Source: Octopus vulgaris (taxonomy: Eukaryota). From it: 64,000 nucleotides of DNA. The notes beneath the pieces were generated by a model that was not told the DNA's origin, made no database searches, and was given only the letters and a program-made list of their open reading frames with translations. The stretch covers positions 117,614,001-117,678,000 of the forward strand of contig OX597819.1 in the NCBI GenBank assembly GCA_951406725.2. The letters run 5' to 3'. Both the position numbers and the translations under genes were made by a program. Below are positions 56,743-64,000 of this stretch, one piece after another (the stretch's first letter is position 1; the number at the start of each line of letters is the position of its first letter).

Positions 56743-56944
56743 CGTGCGCGCGCGTTATGTGTGTGTGTGTGTGTTTGTGTGTGAAATATATAAATGGGAC
56801 AAGAATACAAATTATGTAGACAGTTAAGTGATACAAAAAAGGGACAAAAAAAACATCCAGATAGAGGATACAAAGAATACAAGGATGAGTCATTCGGAGT
56901 TGTCTCATCCTCAGTCATTATTTATGTTACTTGTCCGACAACCA

Positions 56945-57076
56945 ATGGTTTTCCATTATATTTGTTTCTCTCTGGTGTTTGCCATATTTATCTCATTTGC
57001 TTTCGTATTTCATGTTGTTTACTGTTTTTTGAATTCATAATATTCAATGTGATTTCCTGTACCCATATATATATTG

Positions 57077-57135
<59 letters not shown>

Positions 57136-57312
57136 GTGTGTGTGTATATATATGGGTACAGGACGTCACCAAACAGTAAACAACCTGAAATATGTAAGTA
57201 AATGAGTTCAATGCGCAAACACCGTGAGAAACAAATAGAAAACAGGTCAGGTAACATAAATAACGACCCTTCATCAGTTGTCGGGTGTCTATCTACTCCT
57301 CATTTCGAGCGC
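56945..57312. mobile_element. Two head-to-head ends of the TATGGGTACAGGA family around a (TA)n array
   Basis: 56945-57066 is approximately the reverse complement of 57150-57250. The right copy continues into CCCTTCATCAGTTGTCGG...CATTTCGAGC. Confidence 0.7.
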
Positions 57313-58918
57313 ATGCATTCATACATACATACATCAATATATGTGTGTGTGTTTGCTTTTCTATTTATTCAATTTATAATTTTATTGAAAAGCAAATCTG
57401 TGGTTATAGGGAGTATTAAGATGGTATATGAAAATTCCCAGCTTGTGTCTAGCATTTCAGCACCAATAAAAGAAAGTATCAACCAAACAACTGAAACAAA
57501 ATTAGCAGCCATATTCCTCCTCACCTATCAAATTTTCTGATTTTGACTTGAAATGCGGAACAAATGATATGAATCAATTATGCTTATAGATATATAGAAA
57601 AATAAGTGAGTGTGTATGCACACACTACCATCTGTGTATGTATATGCGTGCTAGTGTAGCTATGGTTATACATGTGAATGTGTCTACATCTCCGAATACG
57701 TAAGCGTGTGTGTATGCGTGTGTGTATGCGTATGTATATGTAGAGGTATATACATATGTATATACATACACACACACACACGCGCGCACACGTATATATA
57801 TATCTATATGTGAGTGTGCGTGTGTGTTTGCGCGTGTGCCTGTGTATATATGCATGTGTTCGAGTATTGAATCTTAAATGCCTGTGAAACCAATCATGAA
57901 GGACAAATCACTTGTACAAAGAAATAAAATGCCAATCCCTTTAAAACGGCAAACACTTTAAAGTATCAGAATCACTATCCTACTACATCGTATTCAATGC
58001 AGTTTGCCTAACCTTATAAGTACAGTGACTAATATTAAATTCAAGCCACGACATATAGAAAGGATGTTTTTGGAGCAGATGATTTTAAAACTTACGGAGA
58101 CAATATTTACATATTGCCTGGGGGGAAAACGCAACTAGATCTCATAATACTGGTAAAAATTTGTCTCATCAAGCATCTGCACACCCGGAGAATCACGTGG
58201 CGCGGAAACAATTGTAGTCATAAAAAAATAAATGTCTAACCGTACCCCTTCGTTGTTGACTATTTTATATTTATCTGTTCACACACGACATACGCCCAAA
58301 CGCAAACCTGGATGTAGGTGTAATATTACTCCAGGATAGCACAGGTTAAATCTGAAGGTGGACGTACTCTACAATGTTCTTAACAGAATGCGCCATAAAT
58401 ACACACACACACACACGCACACATATATATATATCACATGCGACACAGTGACTCAGCGACCTAGAGCTTCATGAGTTTCCACTTATCAAACTTATACGAT
58501 AGTTTATACAAAAAATATATGTATGGATGTATATTTCCGTACATATTCATATATGTATATGTATATAAATATATATATATATATGCGTGTGTGAGTGTGT
58601 GTGTATTGTGTGTATGTGCGTGTATTTGTGCATGTTTATATTTATGTGTGTGTGTGGTTGATTTACACGTCTGTGTGGCGCTTGTATTGTCCGCAGGGCG
58701 AGACGCCAGCCCGTCGTTAGAGAACATATTTGTGCCACCTTAGTAGACTGGAAATGAAGTTGAGTGATCAAAACCCAAAACATTGGCCTTCCCAGGAATC
58801 AAAATCACATACTTTGGATGACGAAATAGTCACCATAACCACTTACACAAGCAGCTCCACAACACAATATATTATGTATGTGTGTGTGTGCGTGTATATA
58901 TATATATATTTGTGTATG

Positions 58919-58985
<67 letters not shown>

Positions 58986-59561
58986 ATATATGTTTACATA
59001 TATTTTCATATATACATATACACACTCAAACACGTACACAAACAACACACACACACACACATATATATATATGCATTATGTATATGCACGCACAGAGAAA
59101 AATATACAATTGCAAAGTTATACGGAAATATCGTACATGGAAACTAAATTATACGCCTCTATATTTGCCTAGCTATTTATATAACCGTAAATATTTTAAT
59201 GCACAATCGTGTGTTCACAGACACGGACGCAAACATACAACATTTACTTCATAATGCTTAACATATATTTTGCATGAATAATTGTAATCCTTGCGATTTA
59301 AATATATTGCCACACAACACACAAGCATATTCTTCTCTTTCAAAACAGAAACACACTCACTCTTAAATGTAAGTAATCATCTATATATTTATACATTTAT
59401 TTATACGTATGTTCATATCTATATATAATCACTCTTACACGCACATACACACACACATATGTAGATAGATAGATACATACATATATACATGGATATATAT
59501 ACATATATATCCATATAGCAATCATTTACATAGTTATGTATTATGTATTTATATATATTTA

Positions 59562-59677
<116 letters not shown>

Positions 59678-59779
59678 ATAGATAGATAGATAGATAGATA
59701 TCTGTGTCTGTTCGTGTGTGGATGCATATAAATTTGATGTACATTCATGCAGCTATATATATATATACACGCGTTCATA

Positions 59780-59810
<31 letters not shown>

Positions 59811-59815
<5 letters not shown>

Positions 59816-59828
59816 AGCGTACATAAAT

Positions 59829-59881
<53 letters not shown>

Positions 59882-59894
59882 AGCGTACATAAAT

Positions 59895-59905
<11 letters not shown>
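59811..59905 (+). repeat. Exact tandem duplication of ATGCAAGCGTACATAAATATACATG separated by (TA)n
   Basis: Copies at 59811-59835 and 59877-59901. Confidence 0.85.
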
Positions 59906-59952
<47 letters not shown>

Positions 59953-60681
59953 TATATATCTGTTTGCCTGTGCGTGCGTGGATATATACAAATTTGATGT
60001 ACCTCCCTGCATCTATATTTACATGCATACATCCATGCATGCCTACGCACATATTTTCACAGATAAGCAATGATGCGTATATACTTATCATATGTTGCAT
60101 TTACATACATACGTTACACACATGCGAACAGAAATAAATATTCCATTGTTCCGTTGTTACACATTCAGTTCATTTTTTTTCCCCATGAAATGGGCATATA
60201 ATTTCCCATCATAAATCATATCTGTTTAACTTTATTAGAACATTTCTATTCTTTTAGCAATGGCAACAAATGCGCAACGGAACACATTCCATAAATCATC
60301 GATAGATTTTATTTGCTATATGTAGCAACCCATGAAATATGTTCTGCACTGTTAGATTACATACGGAACCACGTTATTTCAGCGACGGAAAGTATATTTG
60401 AAATAACAGCATAAACTAAAAATAAATTGTTATTATTATAATTGAATTATATTTACGCACATAACGTTCAGAGTTGTTCGATTTAATACCATGTCTTCCT
60501 GACGTCGTTTTATTTAAGTAGTAAATACATTTAGGTCTTTAATCATTGTATTGTATTTGTTTCTCGAACGTTCGGCATAAAACATATACAAAATATTTTA
60601 TTGGTTGGAGCTGATGGTTCCACTTCCACTAAACTCACGATGTATACCTACATACGCCCCATATACATATATCCTCATGTG

Positions 60682-60748
<67 letters not shown>

Positions 60749-60826
60749 ATATATATATATATATCATAATAAAAATAATAATAATTATAATAATAATATA
60801 TATATATATTATCATTATTATTAATA

Positions 60827-60860
<34 letters not shown>

Positions 60861-60862
60861 CA

Positions 60863-61373
60863 TTGAGTGAGAGAGCAGTTCATGCCATCAAAGTGACACT
60901 GGGGTAAAATATACGAAGCCAAATATACCCATCATGACTACCTGCCTGATAAGGGTACACCAGGCACATGCATCACAACCATATGTGCGCGACATGGTGA
61001 TCTCATATCAAGATAAACAGCACATGACCTTGCAGGTGGGGCCCAGTTAGAATTTTCTTCGGGTTGAGTAGCCCATCCCGCTCAAACGGTCCCTGAATAA
61101 GGGTTGTTTAAAGATGTTGAAAGAACCACCCATGTTTCCAGAGGTGAACTATTCAAACCCCAAAGAATCCCTCTCAACACATGGCTATGATGCTCCCCCA
61201 CTACTTCTGCTCGTGATCAGAGATGCACATATCGTCAGCCACTAAGGGACATGCTCAACTGGTTAAGGTCAAACAACTGACAAGCAAATCTGTGGTATGG
61301 AGCAGAATATTTGCTGTAGCCCATCTTTCATACCAAGACAAAACAATGTACATGATAACAATTCCAATCAGTT
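60863..61373 (-). mobile_element. (TAA)n-embedded element, copy 3
   Basis: Collinear with 38333-38843; ATT repeats on both sides. Confidence 0.88.
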
Positions 61374-61376
61374 ATC

Positions 61377-61430
<54 letters not shown>

Positions 61431-61650
61431 TATATATACACAAGTACTTCCTCCAGCATATGCCAGTTCAGACTTGCTGAAATTATTTATTCATTTATTT
61501 TTAATGAAGTTCTGAAATATGTCTTAGTATGTAGTACAAATATAGCAAACATTCTGAGAGCTGCTGCGTAAAAGCCTGAATTTTCGGTAATGTCATTGAT
61601 ATTTCTATCTCTCTCCCCACCCTCTCTCTCTCTCTTCATATATATGTGTG

Positions 61651-61700
<50 letters not shown>

Positions 61701-61755
61701 GTATATATGTATTACACAATTTTTCGCAAAGCTAGACCGCTGAAATCTACAAGTG

Positions 61756-61835
61756 AAGAGCGTAAGCTCGAAGCGTAAAAGAGTTTTCCTTTTCACGCGT
61801 TAGAGTAATACAATTGCATGTTCGTTCACATGTAA
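61756..61835 (+). mobile_element. PLE-like fragment with partial hammerhead
   Basis: TGAA-GAGC(GTAA)GCTC-GAAGCG-TA-AAAG: stem II with a GNRA loop, mutated GAAA, 5' core missing. Confidence 0.35.
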
Positions 61836-61853
61836 TTTTTCTATAAATTTCAA

Positions 61854-61893
<40 letters not shown>

Positions 61894-61911
61894 GTGTGTA
61901 TGTTTGTGTGT

Positions 61912-62086
61912 CAGTGTTTGACCCCTAAGATCGCCTGACATCGTTTACCTCCTCGTAACTTAGCGGTTCGGCAAAATAGACCAATGGAATAAGTACTAGG
62001 CTTAAAAAGAATAAGGCCTGGTGTCGAGTTCCTCTACTAAAGGCAGGGCCCCAGCAAGGTCGCAGTCAAATGTCTGAAACCAGTAA
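61912..62086 (+). mobile_element. SINE family A, 3' half
   Basis: CGTAACTTAGCGGTTCGGCAAAA.AGACC.AT.GAATAAGTACTAGGCTTA...CAGTCAAATG.CTGAAAC. Confidence 0.82.
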
Positions 62087-62104
62087 ATATATATATATAT
62101 ATAG

Positions 62105-62141
<37 letters not shown>

Positions 62142-63919
62142 TATATCTACATCTATATATATATATTCGTATAAATTTATGAACGAATAATATTATAATT
62201 ATTTGTATATATACATATATGTGTATATTGTATTGTCTGGGAATCTCCGATTCATCTGATTTACAAGCAGTAACACACTCCTGAAACTAGGGGAGCTTGT
62301 CACATGAAAGCAGTTAAAAAGGAATGTGTACGTTGTAGATTGACTTGCAGGTGAGCAATAACTTGTTATTGCAGTTATTGAGGTACCTGGGAAGTGGAAC
62401 GCTAAATGAGCAAGGAAAAGAAGAGAAACCAACATTTCAGGAGTTGCACGTAATATATACCTTGAGATCAGACAGTACCGAAGAGTAGAGGTCATTATCG
62501 TTACAGTAGATAATGATGATGGCGAAAATGTGTTGGATAAACAGATAGATAGAAAGATCCGAATTTGTACTAACAAGTAAGTTTTTTTTATATACCCGTG
62601 TGACTGTCTCTCTCTCTCTCACTCTCGCCTTCATTCTTTTCCCTCTTCTTTTCCTTACCCTCTCACTTCTATTCTAGCCTTTCCACTTAATCATCTTCTC
62701 TCTCTCTCTCTCTCTCACTCTTGTATTCCTAGCCTTTCTCCTTCCCGTTCATCCCCCTCCCTTTCTTCTATGTCGCCCCCTCTCCCCCCTATCTTTCTCC
62801 TCTGTCTGTTGGTGCCACCTGACCAGCATCCAGTTCTTTTTCTTCCTTATTTAGACTGGTCCCTCAGCTGACAAGTCGCAAATTCTCTGTCTTTCAATCT
62901 TTCATGAAATTTTCCAAGCGATAGCCACTGTTCTCGTCTTCTGTTCTCGTCTCCTGTTCACCAGATACAGAAGGTTGTCTCGAATTGACGTGCTCTGCTG
63001 CTATCTGAATTACTTCTGAATAAAGCAGTAGTGGATTTCAAAATATGGAAGATGACCTTTCTAGAGTTTTATCAATTATTAACCTTATGTGATATATTAC
63101 CCTGCGCTGAATCGGGGAGGTTATTTTCATGCAGTCCTAAGTATGATCATAAAGAGTTTCCGCTATGGAAGATAGTGGTTAACAGAACGTTATAATGTTC
63201 GGAATGAACATTAGACGTGTAGTTGCGTGCTTCTCGTATTAAAGGTGTCTTAACTGGAATAGATTTTATTCAAGTAGGAAGAGATTCAGTTTTTCTACTA
63301 TTGAAAACGCACGATCCATATTCCTCCATTGGAATTTCCTGTTACATTCTACATTCTCAGTTCATAGAGGCAATATCTCTCTCTCTTTCTCTCTTTCTCG
63401 ATAAATGTGTATGTATGTGTTTTCGTGAGTCGATAGAGAGATATACGTAAATAAACACACACACATATACAGGCATAGATAGACAGGTTGATTGACAGTT
63501 AGAGAGACACAGATAAACTTATCCGTGACAATTTGAGGACGGTCTAGCACAACCAATAAATAAATATACAGACACGTAACAAAAATAAGCGAACGAAAAC
63601 AAAAGAATGCAGATAGTAAAGATATATCAAATTTCTTCATTGCTAAGGCAAAGAAGTCACTAATCAGACGACAAAGGTTTCAATACGGCACCCATACATG
63701 TTGTCAACAAGGAAATCACAGCTGCTTCTGACTATGCAACATCTTCAAGTTCAAAGGTTAGGAATTGCCATCATTCCTTTATCGCCAAAGTCTGATTTTC
63801 CCACCACCTTTATTAAAAACCGTCGTATATAGAATCATGAATGTTAACTTTTCATTAATTTAGGTAGTAGCCGCATGATTGACCTGAAAAACGTGAATGC
63901 TCCTGCGTAAACAGAACAT

Positions 63920-64000
63920 ACTTATTTCTTTACTGCCCACAAGGGACTACATACAGAGAGGACAAACAAGGACAGACAAACAGATTAAGTTGATTATATC
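63920..64000 (-). mobile_element. SINE family C 3' end (runs off window)
   Basis: TTTACTGCCCACAAGGG.CTACA.ACAGAG.GGACAAACAAG.ACAG.CAAAC.GATTAAGT.GATTAT matches 20620-20690. Confidence 0.8.

Noticed and set aside
62441-62576. Candidate exon (TTTCAG| ... |GTAAGT) with one open frame VARNIYLEIRQYRRVEVII...
   Set aside because: Weak polypyrimidine tract, no recognisable protein and no partner exons; may be decayed LINE sequence. RNA-seq would be needed.

Overview
Eukaryotic, very AT-rich, microsatellite-saturated non-coding DNA. The repeat repertoire and (TA)n/(TAA)n/(TATG)n density look like an octopus (cephalopod) genome; this is inferred from pattern recall, not from a search. I found no intact host gene or convincing exon, and nearly all track ORFs are microsatellite read-throughs. 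The window holds several tRNA-derived SINE families, three decayed mariner families, one hAT MITE with a perfect 8-bp TSD, CR1-type LINE 3' ends, and R4/Dong-type RLE retrotransposons plus a non-coding companion element inserted in (TAA)n. It also holds Penelope-like (PLE) or retrozyme-like pieces inserted in (TA)n. The most interesting signal is a set of type-I hammerhead ribozyme folds: 8919-8963 (-), at the hinge of a ~415-bp hairpin element, 35321-35399 (+), and a weaker one at 56019-56106 (+). Several long inverted repeats are present, at least one probably a fold-back assembly artefact.
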